A stretch of 32,000 bases of DNA. Source: Buchnera aphidicola str. APS (Acyrthosiphon pisum) (GTDB taxonomy: Bacteria; Pseudomonadota; Gammaproteobacteria; Enterobacterales; Enterobacteriaceae). Positions 19,395-30,209 of this stretch are shown here, piece after piece. Positions within the stretch are counted from its first letter, which is position 1. Each line of letters starts with the position of its first letter. The notes under the pieces are model-generated. The model searched no databases. It was not told where the DNA came from and worked only from the letters and a program-made list of their open reading frames with translations. Where the stretch lies: assembly GCF_000009605.1 (NCBI RefSeq), contig NC_002528.1:150001-182000 (forward strand), in the 5' to 3' direction. Made by a program: the position numbers and the translations under genes.

Positions 19395-22115
19395 ATGGCT
19401 AAGATTTATGTAGATAGTAAAATATATAATGTTAACGAATCAGATAATTTACTGCAAGCTTGTTTATCAGTGGGTATAAATATTCCTTATTTTTGTTGGC
19501 ATCCTTTATTGGGAAGTTTAGGTGCATGTCGTCAGTGTGCTGTTACACAATATGATAATTTTCAAGATCGTAAAGGTCGGTTAATTATGTCTTGTATGAC
19601 TCCTGTAACTGATGGAGCTATAATTTCCATCAAAAGTACTGAATCAGAAGTTTTTAGAAGTGCTATTGTTGAACTTTTATTAACTAATCATCCCCATGAT
19701 TGTCCAGTATGTGAAGAAGGTGGTCATTGTCATTTGCAAGATATGACCGTTATGGTCAAACATAGTATGCGGAATTATAGATTTAAAAAAAGAACACATA
19801 AAAATCAATATTTAGGTCCTTTTATTAAACATGAAATGAATCGCTGTATTGCATGTTATCGTTGTGTTCGATATTATAATGAATATGCAGATGGTGTAGA
19901 TTTTGGAGTTTATGGTTCCAATAATAATGTTTATTTTGGTCGTATAGAAGATGGTGTCTTAGAAAGTGAACATTCTGGAAATTTAATAGAATTATGTCCT
20001 ACTGGAGTATTTACTGATAAAACTCATTCTAAAAAATATAATCGTAAATGGGATATGCAATACGCTCCAGGAATATGCCATAATTGCAGTGTCGGCTGTA
20101 ATATTAGTATTGGAGAACGTTATGGTGAAATACGTCGAATAGAAAATAGATATCATGAAAATATAAATCATTATTTAATATGCGACCTTGGTCGTTTTGG
20201 GTATTCACATACCAATTTGAATACACGTCCTAAAAAACCTACATATGTTAATAAGTATAATGATCTTAATGTATTAAATTTTAATGAAGCAATAAAAATC
20301 GGAGTTGATTTTTTTAAAAGATATAAGCGTGTAATTGGTGTCGGTTCTGCAAGATCAAGTATAGAGAATAATTTTGCATTACAAGAACTTGTAGGAAAAG
20401 AGAATTTTTCTAACGGAATGTCTAACAAAGAGAAGGAATGTATCAAATCGATTTTAGAATTTTTAAAAAATAATTATATATATATCCCATCTTTAAAAGA
20501 AATTGAAAGTTATGATGTAATTTTAGTTCTTGGAGAAGATTTAACACAAACATCTTCTCGTGTTGCTTTAGCAGTGCGTCAAGCAGTGAAAAAAAAAGTT
20601 CAAGATATAAAAAATTTATATGGTATTCCGAAATGGAATACATCATCTAATATTCATATTTCAGAAAAATTTAAAAATTCTTTATATATTATGCATACAC
20701 ATGAAAGTAAATTAGATGATATTTCTGAATGGTCTTATTTCGCTTCTATTGATAAACAAGTTAATTTAGCATCTTCTATCGCTTATGAGATAGATAAAAG
20801 TTCACCAAAAGTTTCAAATTTAGATTCTGAATTAAAAGAAAAAGTGTTGTTAATTTCTGATAGATTAATTTCATCTAAAAAAACATTAATTATTTCAGGT
20901 TCTCATTCTTTTAGTGATTCTATTATTAAAGCATCAATAAATATAGCTAAAGCTATTAAATTTCGCGCTCCCGATCACCATGTTGGTGTGACTTTGTTAA
21001 CGTCATCTGTTAATTCTTTAGGTGCAGAGTTGCTTGGAGGCATGTCTATAGAATCTGCATTAGATGATCTTAAAAAAGAAAAAGCAGATGCTGTAATTTT
21101 TATGGAATACGATTTGTATCGTTCTGTATCTGAATATGACTGTGAGTATTTTTTTAAGAATAAAGATAATATAATTACTCTCGATCATCAGTACACACAA
21201 ACTTTTAAAAAATCCATGTTATCTTTACCTTCAACAAATTTTACTGAAAGTTCTGGAACGGTAATAAACTTTGAAGGAAGAGCACAGCGTTTTTTTCAAG
21301 TTTATGATCCTAATTTTTATGATAAAAGTAATTGTCTATGTGATAGTTGGAAATGGTTGCATACTATCAAATCAAAAATTAATAATACAGAAATATGTTG
21401 GTTTAATTTAGATGATGTAATCAATTCCTATGCTGAAAAATATTCTATTTTTAAACAAATAAAAACAAACGAATTAAATTCTAATCTTCGTATCCATGGT
21501 CAAAAAATTTCTCGGTCACCTATTCGTTCTAGTGGCAGAACATCTTTGCGTTCTAATATCGATGTTCATGAACCTTGTCAGCCTAAAGATATTAATACTA
21601 TGTTTGCATTTTCTATGGAAGGATACAATCAACCTAATTCGTCTGTATCGAATATTCCCTTTGCTTGGTTCCCCGGATGGAATTCACCTCAAGCATGGAA
21701 TAAATTTCAGGTAGAAGTAGGTAGAAACTTAATATCTGGTGATTCAGGTATACATATTTTTAAAAAATATGAAAAAAAAACAGATGTATATTCAAATATA
21801 GTTTTAAAAAATTCTATAAAAGAAAAATACTGGAATATAATCCCCTATTATCATCTATTTGGCAATGAAGAATTAACTCAATATTCTTCTATAATACAAG
21901 AAAATACTCCTTTAGAGTATGCTTTAATTGGTTTATCAGATGCCATTAAGATGGGTTTGAAAAAAGATTCTATAGTAGAATTTAACTGTTTAAAAAAAGA
22001 TTATTGTTTGCCAGTTCAAGTATCTAAGTATTTAACTGAAAAACAAATAGGTTTGCCTATTGGAAGAAAAGGATTTCCTCTTGCACTTGTTGGTGAAAAA
22101 ATTGAATTTTTATAG
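19395..22115 (+). CDS. nuoG: NADH-quinone oxidoreductase subunit G
   Basis: The 906-aa product starts MAKIYVDSKIYNVNESDNLLQACL. Its Fe-S motifs are CRQCAV, HPHDCPVCEEGGHCHLQD and CIACYRCVRYY. Confidence 0.97.
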   Translation: MAKIYVDSKIYNVNESDNLLQACLSVGINIPYFCWHPLLGSLGACRQCAVTQYDNFQDRKGRLIMSCMTPVTDGAIISIKSTESEVFRSAIVELLLTNHPHDCPVCEEGGHCHLQDMTVMVKHSMRNYRFKKRTHKNQYLGPFIKHEMNRCIACYRCVRYYNEYADGVDFGVYGSNNNVYFGRIEDGVLESEHSGNLIELCPTGVFTDKTHSKKYNRKWDMQYAPGICHNCSVGCNISIGERYGEIRRIENRYHENINHYLICDLGRFGYSHTNLNTRPKKPTYVNKYNDLNVLNFNEAIKIGVDFFKRYKRVIGVGSARSSIENNFALQELVGKENFSNGMSNKEKECIKSILEFLKNNYIYIPSLKEIESYDVILVLGEDLTQTSSRVALAVRQAVKKKVQDIKNLYGIPKWNTSSNIHISEKFKNSLYIMHTHESKLDDISEWSYFASIDKQVNLASSIAYEIDKSSPKVSNLDSELKEKVLLISDRLISSKKTLIISGSHSFSDSIIKASINIAKAIKFRAPDHHVGVTLLTSSVNSLGAELLGGMSIESALDDLKKEKADAVIFMEYDLYRSVSEYDCEYFFKNKDNIITLDHQYTQTFKKSMLSLPSTNFTESSGTVINFEGRAQRFFQVYDPNFYDKSNCLCDSWKWLHTIKSKINNTEICWFNLDDVINSYAEKYSIFKQIKTNELNSNLRIHGQKISRSPIRSSGRTSLRSNIDVHEPCQPKDINTMFAFSMEGYNQPNSSVSNIPFAWFPGWNSPQAWNKFQVEVGRNLISGDSGIHIFKKYEKKTDVYSNIVLKNSIKEKYWNIIPYYHLFGNEELTQYSSIIQENTPLEYALIGLSDAIKMGLKKDSIVEFNCLKKDYCLPVQVSKYLTEKQIGLPIGRKGFPLALVGEKIEFL

Positions 22116-22126
22116 GAATTTATTAA

Positions 22127-23095
22127 ATGATTTGGTTAGAAGAGAACATGATTAAAATAACTTTTTGTTTTTTTAAAGTTATTTTTATTTTATTATTAAT
22201 AGTATTCTCTAGTGCTATGTTGAGTATAGTTGAACGAAGACTATTAGCCGTATTTCAAAATAGATATGGCCCTAATCGAGTTGGTTGGATGGGGAGTTTA
22301 CAATTATGCGCTGATATGATTAAAATTTTATTTAAAGAAGATTGGATTCCTCCTTTTAGCAGAAAATTTATTTTTGTTTTATCACCAGTAATAGCTTTTA
22401 CCTCTTTACTGTGTGTTATTCCTATTATTCCTTTTACATCTCATTTTGTTATTATTGATTTAAATATAGGGATTTTATTTTTCTTGATGATGGCCAGTTT
22501 ATCTGTTTATGCAATATTATTTGCAGGTTGGTCAAGTAATAATAAGTATGCATTATTAGGAGCTATGCGTGCATGTGTGCAAACATTAAGTTATGAAGTA
22601 TTTTTAGGTTTATCATTAATGGGTGTAGTCGCTCAGTCAGGATCTTTTAAAATATCTGATATTGTCAATAGTCAAAAATATATCTGGAATGTTTTTCCAC
22701 AGTTTTTTGGTTTTTTAACTTTTCTCATAGCCGGTTTAGCAGTTTGTCATAGACATCCTTTTGATCAACCTGAATCTGAACAAGAATTAGCTGATGGTTA
22801 TCATATTGAATATTCTGGGATGAAGTTTGGTTTATTTTTTATTGGCGAATATATTTCTATTATTACCGTTTCATCATTAATAGTTACACTTTTTTTTGGT
22901 GGTTGGTTAGGTCCTTGGATTCCCAGTTGTATTTGGTTTATTTTAAAAATTATTTTTTTTATTTTTCTTTTTATTTTAATCCGAGCAGCTTTGCCAAGAC
23001 CACGATATGATCAAGTATTATTATTTGGATGGAAATTTTGTTTACCATTAACATTGTTTAATTTATTTTTGACTGCTTTTTTAATTTTGGTATAA
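22127..23095 (+). CDS. nuoH: NADH-quinone oxidoreductase subunit H
   Basis: The 322-aa polytopic membrane protein contains [40 protein letters not shown], nearly identical to E. coli NuoH. Confidence 0.96.
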
Positions 23096-23119
23096 ATTTT
23101 TTAAGAGATTTTTTTATTT

Positions 23120-23662
23120 ATGACATTAAAAAATATTATTATTGGATTTTTTACACAAATCAGAAGTATTTTTATGATTGGTGCAAATATTTTTTCTAAA
23201 CCTGAAACTAAATTATATCCAGAAGAAAAAGTATATCTTGCCCCTCGTTATCGAGGTCGTATCATATTGACTCGTAATATAGATGGACAAGAACGTTGTG
23301 TTGCATGTAATTTATGTGCTGTAGTTTGTCCTGTTGATTGTATTTCTTTACAAAAATCTGAAAAAACTGATGGTCGTTGGTATCCGAAATTTTTTAGAAT
23401 TAATTTTTCTCGTTGCATATTTTGTGGTTTATGTGAGGAGGCTTGCCCCACAGCTGCAATACAATTAATGCCTGATTTTGAACTATCTGATTTCAAAAGA
23501 CAAGATTTGGTGTATGAAAAAAAAGATTTATTAATTTCAGGTCCAGGTAAATATCCAAATTATGATTTTTATAACTTTTCCGGTGTAACTCTCAAAGGTA
23601 AAAAAACAGGTGATTTAGAGATTCAAGCTAGACCTATTGATGTAAAAGATTTATTGCCATAA
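23120..23662 (+). CDS. nuoI: NADH-quinone oxidoreductase subunit I
   Basis: The 180-aa product has two ferredoxin-type 4Fe-4S motifs, [12 protein letters not shown] and [12 protein letters not shown]. Confidence 0.97.
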   Translation: MTLKNIIIGFFTQIRSIFMIGANIFSKPETKLYPEEKVYLAPRYRGRIILTRNIDGQERCVACNLCAVVCPVDCISLQKSEKTDGRWYPKFFRINFSRCIFCGLCEEACPTAAIQLMPDFELSDFKRQDLVYEKKDLLISGPGKYPNYDFYNFSGVTLKGKKTGDLEIQARPIDVKDLLP

Positions 23663-23671
23663 GGAGATTTT

Positions 23672-24184
23672 ATGGAATTTGTTTTTTATGTGTGTTCATT
23701 TGCAGCAGTCGTTTCTACTTTTTTTGTAATTATTCAAAAAAATGCAGTGTATTCCTTAGTGTATTTAATAATTTCTCTTTTATCAATAGCTGGTGTTTTT
23801 TTTTCATTAGGAGCATTTTTTGCTGGTTCTTTAGAAGTAATTATTTACGCAGGAGCTATTATAGTATTATTTGTTTTTGTTATCATGATGCTTAATATAA
23901 GTGATAAATATAATTTAGAAGAAGCACACTATTTAAAACCTAGGTTTTGGATCGGACCAAGTATTTTATCATTAATATTACTTTTATCTATGACTTATGC
24001 AATATTTTTTTTAAGAGATAAAAAAATAGATGGATTTTTAATTGATTCAAAAATAGTAGGTATAAATTTATTTGGTCCTTATGTATTTTTAGTTGAACTG
24101 TCTTCCATTCTTTTATTATCTGCTTTAGTCGTTATTTTTCATATTGGAACCGAAAAAAATGTAGATAAAAATAAAGTTTTGTAA
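23672..24184 (+). CDS. nuoJ: NADH-quinone oxidoreductase subunit J
   Basis: The 170-aa product MEFVFYVCSF...LVYLIISLLSIAGVFFSLGAFFAGSLEVIIYAGAIIVLFVFVIMMLN parallels E. coli NuoJ. Confidence 0.95.
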   Translation: MEFVFYVCSFAAVVSTFFVIIQKNAVYSLVYLIISLLSIAGVFFSLGAFFAGSLEVIIYAGAIIVLFVFVIMMLNISDKYNLEEAHYLKPRFWIGPSILSLILLLSMTYAIFFLRDKKIDGFLIDSKIVGINLFGPYVFLVELSSILLLSALVVIFHIGTEKNVDKNKVL

Positions 24185-24214
24185 TTAATTGATCTTTATT
24201 AAGGGCAATAATTC

Positions 24215-24517
24215 ATGATTTCTTTATTTCACGGGTTATTTTTATCATTAATATTATTTATTTTAGGTTTAACATCTTTAATTGTCAGACGTAATATATT
24301 ATTTATATTAATTAGTTTAGAAATAATGATGAATGCTGTTGGATTAGCGTTAATAGTAGTTGGTAGTTACTGGCATCAAGCAGATGGTCAAATAATGTAT
24401 ATATTCGTCATAACTTTAGCCGCATCAGAAGCCAGTATAGCTTTAGCATTATTATTACAACTTTATAGGCGAAAGAAAACATTAAATATTGATATTTTAA
24501 GTGAGATGAATGGATGA
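24215..24517 (+). CDS. nuoK: NADH-quinone oxidoreductase subunit K
   Basis: The 100-aa product contains [21 protein letters not shown]...[19 protein letters not shown], matching E. coli NuoK in length and sequence. Confidence 0.95.
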   Translation: MISLFHGLFLSLILFILGLTSLIVRRNILFILISLEIMMNAVGLALIVVGSYWHQADGQIMYIFVITLAASEASIALALLLQLYRRKKTLNIDILSEMNG

Positions 24518-26358
24518 GTATTATTTTTTTCATAATTTTATTTCCACTAATCGGGTTTTTATTTTTATCTACTATACAAGATTTTATTTTCAAACGATAT
24601 ACTTTAAATATAGGTATATTTTCTATATTTATATCATTTTTTATAACTTGTTTTTATGGTGTTAGTATTCTTAAAAATAATAATCAAGTTTTTACTCAGA
24701 TACTGTGGAAATGGTTATCTATTAATGAGTTTAAGATTGATTTTGGTTTTTTTTTAGATGGACTGTCTTTAAGTATGTTATTTGTAATTACAGGTGTTGG
24801 ATTATTAATACATATTTTTTCTTCTTGGTATATGAGATACAAAGAAGGCCAGTCACGTTTTTTTGCATATACTAATTTATTTATAGCCAGTATGTCGGTT
24901 TTAGTGCTTGCTGATAATTTTCTATTTATGTATTTAGGATGGGAAGGTGTCAGTGTTTGTTCTTATTTGCTGATTGGGTTTTATTATACTGAATTAAAAA
25001 ATAACCTTTGTGCTTTTAAAGCCTTTATTTTAACTCGAGTTTCTGATGTCTTCTTAATGATTGGAATGTTTTTAATATATAGAGAATTTAATAGTTTTAA
25101 TTTCCAAGAAATTAAATTCTTATCAAGTTTTTTAAATGTAGAAAATTTTTATTATTTAGATTATATTACACTTTTTTTATTATTAGGAGTGATTGGAAAG
25201 TCAGCTCAGTTACCTTTACAAACTTGGTTATCTGATGCTATGGTTGGACCGACTCCTGTTTCAGCTTTGATACATGCAGCTACTATGGTAACAGCAGGTG
25301 TATATTTAATAGCAAGAACACATTTTTTATTTTTACTAACTCCTGGAATATTATATTTAGTAGGATTAATCGGTACATTGACAATATTAGTTTCCAGTAT
25401 TTCTGCCTTAGTACAAAAGGATATAAAACGCATTTTAGCCTATTCTACAATGAGTCAAATAGGATATATGTTTTTAGCTTTAGGAGTTAAAGCGTGGAGT
25501 GCGGCAATTACACATTTGATTATGCATGCCATTTTTAAAGCATTACTATTTTTATCTGCAGGTTCATTGATTAAATCATGTAAAAATGAAAAAAATATAT
25601 TTAAAATGGGTGGTTTACGTAAACAACTTCCTTTTTTATATATTAGCTTTATAGTTGGTGGGGCATCCTTAGTGTCTTTTCCTTTAATTACAGCCGGATT
25701 CTATAGCAAGGGTAATATTTTATTTAGTGTTTTAAAAAGCGGGTGTATTGATTTTTTTATAATCGGTTTATTTTGTTCTTTTTTAACTGCTATTTATACA
25801 TTCAGAATGATTTTTGTTATTTTTCATGGTAAAAATATTCATACAGCAGACTCATCTACGAATTTACAACATAACATTCCATTATTTGTGCTTTTATTAT
25901 TGTCTACTGTATTTGGTTCGTACATATCACCTCCATTATCAGATGTATTTCCTTTGTCTTATACCCCAATAGATCACAAGTTCGCATTTGAAATAATATG
26001 CAGTATATTATCTTTATCAGGAATATATTTATCTTACTATATTTGGATTAAAAATTTATATGTTCTAGATAAAATTTTTCAGTTTAAATTCATGAGATAT
26101 TTATATTATTTTTTTTTAAAAGGATGGGGTTTTAATTGGTTTTATAAAATATCTTTTGTATATTTTTATTTATATATATCTAAGAGATTATCGGCTGATC
26201 CACTTAATAAAATTATCAATTATTTTTTAAAAGTCACGCAGATATTTAACTTTTACTTATTAAAAACTAGCAATGGTTATGTGAGATGGTACGTAGCTTC
26301 AATGATATTAGGTATTAATTTTATTTTTTTATTAATGTTATTTTTTTATTTTAATTAA
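24514..26358 (+). CDS. nuoL: NADH-quinone oxidoreductase subunit L
   Basis: The 614-aa antiporter-like subunit contains [42 protein letters not shown]. Its ATG overlaps the nuoK stop (ATGA). Confidence 0.96.
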   Translation: MSIIFFIILFPLIGFLFLSTIQDFIFKRYTLNIGIFSIFISFFITCFYGVSILKNNNQVFTQILWKWLSINEFKIDFGFFLDGLSLSMLFVITGVGLLIHIFSSWYMRYKEGQSRFFAYTNLFIASMSVLVLADNFLFMYLGWEGVSVCSYLLIGFYYTELKNNLCAFKAFILTRVSDVFLMIGMFLIYREFNSFNFQEIKFLSSFLNVENFYYLDYITLFLLLGVIGKSAQLPLQTWLSDAMVGPTPVSALIHAATMVTAGVYLIARTHFLFLLTPGILYLVGLIGTLTILVSSISALVQKDIKRILAYSTMSQIGYMFLALGVKAWSAAITHLIMHAIFKALLFLSAGSLIKSCKNEKNIFKMGGLRKQLPFLYISFIVGGASLVSFPLITAGFYSKGNILFSVLKSGCIDFFIIGLFCSFLTAIYTFRMIFVIFHGKNIHTADSSTNLQHNIPLFVLLLLSTVFGSYISPPLSDVFPLSYTPIDHKFAFEIICSILSLSGIYLSYYIWIKNLYVLDKIFQFKFMRYLYYFFLKGWGFNWFYKISFVYFYLYISKRLSADPLNKIINYFLKVTQIFNFYLLKTSNGYVRWYVASMILGINFIFLLMLFFYFN

Positions 26359-26454
26359 AAACAGTGTGTTTATTAATATATTATTATTGTTTTAAAAATA
26401 TAAAATAATTCTGTTGATTAAATAGTCATAGTGAATAATAGGAATATACGTGCA

Positions 26455-27972
26455 ATGTTACTTTCTTTATTAATTATCATCCCATTTTTGAGTAGTTTTT
26501 TTTCTTTTTTTTCTCCTAGATTGCACAATAATTTTCCTCGCTGGATTGCACTATCAGGAATAATTGCAACATTATTAGTTGTAATACAAATATTTTTTCA
26601 AGAAAATTATCATATTTTTCAGATAAGACATTACCCTAATTGGAATTGTCAATTAATCGTCCCTTGGATCTCAAGATTTGGTATTGAATTCAACATTGCA
26701 CTTGATGGTTTATCTATTATAATGCTTATTTTTTCTTCTTTTTTATCTATAATAGCTATTATATGTTCATGGAATGAAATTAAAAAAAATGAAGGATTTT
26801 TTTATTTTAATTTTATGCTTGTTTTCACTGGTATTATTGGTGTTTTTATTTCTTGTGATCTTTTTTTATTTTTTTGTTTTTGGGAAATTATGTTAATACC
26901 TATGTATTTTTTAATTGCATTATGGAGTGATAAAACTGAAAAAAAGAAAAATTTTCTAGCTGCTAATAAGTTTTTTTTATATAGTCAAACTTCTGGTTTA
27001 ATATTGCTATCTTCTATTTTGTTATTAGTTTTTAGTCACTATTATAGCACTAATATATTAACTTTTAATTATAATTTATTAATTAATAAACCGATTAATA
27101 TATATGTAGAATATATAGTTATGATAGGTTTTTTCTTATCATTCGCAATAAAGATGCCTATTGTTCCGTTTCATGGATGGTTACCTGATATACATTCTCG
27201 ATCTCTTTCTTGCGGTTCAGTAGAAATAATTGGTGTGTTATTAAAAACAGCTCCTTATGCTCTTTTACGATATAATTTAGTTTTATTTCCCGATTCTACG
27301 AAAAGTTTTTCTTTAATTGCAGTTTTTTGGGGTATTATTAGTATATTTTATGGAGCTTGGATTGCTTTTTCTCAAACGAATATTAAACGATTAATTGCTT
27401 ATTCTTCTGTTTCTCATATGGGTTTAATTTTAATAGGGATTTATAGTAATAACGAAAGGGCTCTTCAAGGAGTAGTTATTCAAATGTTATCAAATAGTTT
27501 AACTGTTGCTGCTTTGTGTATTTTATCTGGTCAAATTTATAAACGTTTTAAAACTCAAGATATGAGTAAAATGGGGGGTTTATGGTCTTGTATTTATTGG
27601 ATTCCAGGTTTTTCTTTATTTTTTTCTTTGGCAAATTTAGGAGTTCCTGGAACTGGAAATTTTATTGGTGAGTTTTTAATTTTATCAGGAGTATTTGAAG
27701 TTTTTCCCTTAGTATCTATATTAGCGACGATAGGTATTGTATTTTCTTCTATTTATTCTCTGAATGTTATTCAAAAAATTTTTTATGGCCCATGCAAACA
27801 AAATATTAAAGTTTTTTTCATAAATAAACAAGAAGTATGGACAATAATAGCGTTAGTCTTTACATTAGTCTTTTTAGGTTTAAATCCACAGAAAATTATA
27901 GATGTTTCATATAATTCTATACACAATATTCAAAAAGAATTTAATAATTCCATTCTAAAGATAAGGTCTTAA
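26455..27972 (+). CDS. nuoM: NADH-quinone oxidoreductase subunit M
   Basis: The antiporter-like subunit contains FFCFWEIMLIPMYFLIALW and MPIVPFHGWLPDIHS. The start at ATG 26455 (MLLSLLIIIPF) aligns with E. coli MLLPWLILIPF. The track start (GTG 26431) adds eight unmatched residues. Confidence 0.93.
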   Translation: MLLSLLIIIPFLSSFFSFFSPRLHNNFPRWIALSGIIATLLVVIQIFFQENYHIFQIRHYPNWNCQLIVPWISRFGIEFNIALDGLSIIMLIFSSFLSIIAIICSWNEIKKNEGFFYFNFMLVFTGIIGVFISCDLFLFFCFWEIMLIPMYFLIALWSDKTEKKKNFLAANKFFLYSQTSGLILLSSILLLVFSHYYSTNILTFNYNLLINKPINIYVEYIVMIGFFLSFAIKMPIVPFHGWLPDIHSRSLSCGSVEIIGVLLKTAPYALLRYNLVLFPDSTKSFSLIAVFWGIISIFYGAWIAFSQTNIKRLIAYSSVSHMGLILIGIYSNNERALQGVVIQMLSNSLTVAALCILSGQIYKRFKTQDMSKMGGLWSCIYWIPGFSLFFSLANLGVPGTGNFIGEFLILSGVFEVFPLVSILATIGIVFSSIYSLNVIQKIFYGPCKQNIKVFFINKQEVWTIIALVFTLVFLGLNPQKIIDVSYNSIHNIQKEFNNSILKIRS

Positions 27973-27978
27973 TTAGTA

Positions 27979-29439
27979 ATGATAATAAATTTACAACAAT
28001 TAACAGCATTGCTGCCTTTGTTGATTATAATGTTAACTGTTATCACAGTCATATTATCTATTTCTTATAATCGAAATCATTTTTTTGTTGCTGTATTCAG
28101 TATATTAGGTCTTATATTCGCCCTATGTTCACTATATTTTTTAATTGAAATTATTCCTATAAACGTAAGTATATTATTTCATTTTAATAGTAATGCTATT
28201 TTATATATCGGAATGATTTTAATTTCTAGCATCTGTACGTGTATTTTTTCATATCCGTGGTTATTAAAATATCCGTTTAACAAAGAGGAGTTTTATTTAT
28301 TAGTAATTATTTCAACTTTAGGTGCAATATCATTAACTATATCTCATCATATGGCGTCATTTTTTATTAATATTGAACTAATATCTTTACCTATGTTTGG
28401 TTTAATTGCTTATTCAAGATATCAAAAATACTCTTTAGAGTCTTCATTAAAATATATTATTTTATCTGGCGTTTCTTCTAGTTTTTTATTATTTGGTATT
28501 GCATGGGTTTATTCGATTTCTGGAGGTCTTGATTTTTTATCTATACATAAGAGTTTTAATTTTGCATCTGAAAAAGAAATATTAGTAGTGCTGTTTGGAA
28601 TAAGCATGATACTTTTATCCTTATTTTTTAAGCTGTCAATTGTACCATTTCATTTATGGACTCCTGATATTTATCAAGGCTCTCCAACATCAGTATTATC
28701 TTTTTTTAGCACTGCCGGGAAAATTTCTGTTTTTAGCGTACTATTAAATTTTTTATCATATTTTTCTAATTCAGACAACAAAGTAATATATTTTATATTA
28801 TCGTTGATAATTATTTTATCTATATTAGTTGGTAATTTGATGGCTCTTTTTCAAAAAGACATCAAAAGATTTTTAGGATATACATCTATATCTCAAATAG
28901 GATATTTGTTGATAGTATTGCTTGTATCACATAAGAATTATTCATTTTCTTTAGAAGCTAGTGCGATATATTTATGTGGTTATTTATTTAGTAATATAGC
29001 GTGTCTTGGTATTGTAAATTTAATTTCAACTTCACATATAAATAATAATGCTAGTTCAATAAATTCATATCGAGGGTTGTTTTGGTCTCATCCACTTTTA
29101 TCTAGTGTATTGACTTTAGTTTTGATTTCATCTGCAGGTATTCCAATGACTTTAGGGTTTATTGGAAAATTTTATATATTATCAATTGTTATGATAGAAC
29201 ATTTATGGTTAATAGGTTTTGCTTTTCTAATTGGAAGTCTATTAGGTTTATACTGTTATTTAAGAATAATTTTAAATTTATATTTACACCCATCGAAATT
29301 ATTTAAAAGAGATTTAAATATACCTCTGAATTGGGTTTATACTCCTTCTGGTATAGTAATATGTATTTCAGGAATAATACTGTTAGCTTTAGGTATATAT
29401 CCTAATCCATTAATTGGCTTAATTAAATGTACTATATAA
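27979..29439 (+). CDS. nuoN: NADH-quinone oxidoreductase subunit N
   Basis: The 486-aa product starts MIINLQQLTALLPLLIIMLTVITVILSISYNRNHF (E. coli [35 protein letters not shown]). It also contains LSIVPFHLWTPDIYQGSP. Confidence 0.96.
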   Translation: MIINLQQLTALLPLLIIMLTVITVILSISYNRNHFFVAVFSILGLIFALCSLYFLIEIIPINVSILFHFNSNAILYIGMILISSICTCIFSYPWLLKYPFNKEEFYLLVIISTLGAISLTISHHMASFFINIELISLPMFGLIAYSRYQKYSLESSLKYIILSGVSSSFLLFGIAWVYSISGGLDFLSIHKSFNFASEKEILVVLFGISMILLSLFFKLSIVPFHLWTPDIYQGSPTSVLSFFSTAGKISVFSVLLNFLSYFSNSDNKVIYFILSLIIILSILVGNLMALFQKDIKRFLGYTSISQIGYLLIVLLVSHKNYSFSLEASAIYLCGYLFSNIACLGIVNLISTSHINNNASSINSYRGLFWSHPLLSSVLTLVLISSAGIPMTLGFIGKFYILSIVMIEHLWLIGFAFLIGSLLGLYCYLRIILNLYLHPSKLFKRDLNIPLNWVYTPSGIVICISGIILLALGIYPNPLIGLIKCTI

Positions 29440-29969
29440 TATTATTTTTGAAAATATATTTATAATACTAAAAAAATTTTTACTAATAAAAAAGGTATTT
29501 TTAGTGGCCGATTTTTTATATGCTATTACTTTTGAAGTATTTTTTTCGATCTAATCATATTTATGATAGACTATTGTATATACAAAAAAATAAAAAATAA
29601 TTTTTAAAATTTTTTTTTATTATAATTTTTATATTTGTGCTATTTTTTTGATATTTTTCTGTCTAGTTATTAAAAATAAAATGTATGAAATTACTAATTA
29701 AAAAAATTATATTATTTTTTTACTAGGTATGTGTTAGAAAGCTTATTTTTAATAGATAATATTTTAATGCAGTGTGTTATTTTTTAATCTCTAAAATACT
29801 GATAAATTTTCAAAAAATACTACTATATTAGTATGCGAAGTTTTCACATTATTCTGAATAATAGTTTTTTATTGTCAGATATTTTTTAAGTGTTATTAAT
29901 TATTATGCTCGTGTAATTTTTTTTATTAATAGGCTTAGAAATTTATTTTTTCTAATAAAACTAGTTCAT

Positions 29970-30008
29970 AAAAAACAGTATTAGAATATTTCTAATATCT
30001 GATTTTTT
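29970..30008. terminator. A6-stem-loop-T6 palindrome; putative bidirectional intrinsic terminator inside the spacer
   Basis: AAAAAA CAG TATTAGAA tat TTCTAATA t CTG a TTTTTT forms an 11-bp stem with one bulged T and a 3-nt loop, flanked by A6 and T6. Either strand therefore reads as hairpin plus U-run. The stem is AT-rich, with only 3 G/C pairs. Confidence 0.35.
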
Positions 30009-30209
30009 AGAATAAGTAAAGATGCAAATAATAAAAAATTTTTATCATCCCTCTTTTATTTGTATCTTTGATTGCAATAGATCTGACTAAGATGATTTTT
30101 ACAGTAGATAGTATTTCGGACATTTTTTTGTATTAGATCTAAGATTTATATATCTTCTTTATATATATAGAAAAAATTACATGATAAAACATAGATTATC
30201 CGAGGGGTT

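Noticed and set aside
16348-25433. Track ORFs nested in nuo genes. On the minus strand: 16348..16542, 17587..17787, 18383..18778 (131 aa), 18712..18897, 18970..19194, 20171..20446, 20443..20646, 23248..23496, 24408..24593 and 25206..25433. On the plus strand in alternative frames: 21496..21714 and 23692..23895.
   Set aside because: All lie fully within nuo genes whose own frames align end to end with E. coli Nuo subunits. Even the 131-aa one in nuoF has no SD and no recognisable domain. They are shadow frames.
29494-29556. tRNA-like fragments in the spacer: GTGGCCGA (D-arm-like), a possible anticodon stem-loop with loop TTTTGAA (29525-29541), and TTCGATC (T-loop-like, 29545-29551).
   Set aside because: I could not build a cloverleaf. 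There is no acceptor-stem complement and no T-stem pairing, and the spacing is wrong. At most it is an unrecognisable relic.
30078-30145. An imperfect direct repeat: TAGATCTGACTAAGAT (30078-30093) and TAGATCTAAGAT (30134-30145).
   Set aside because: It is short, needs a 4-nt indel, and has no associated ORF or inverted partner. It is not distinguishable from chance or replication-slippage debris.
30196-30204. A DnaA-box-like TTATCCGAG just upstream of the small ORF.
   Set aside because: Only the first six positions match TTATCCACA. It is a single copy with no cluster of boxes or AT-rich 13-mers arranged like an origin.
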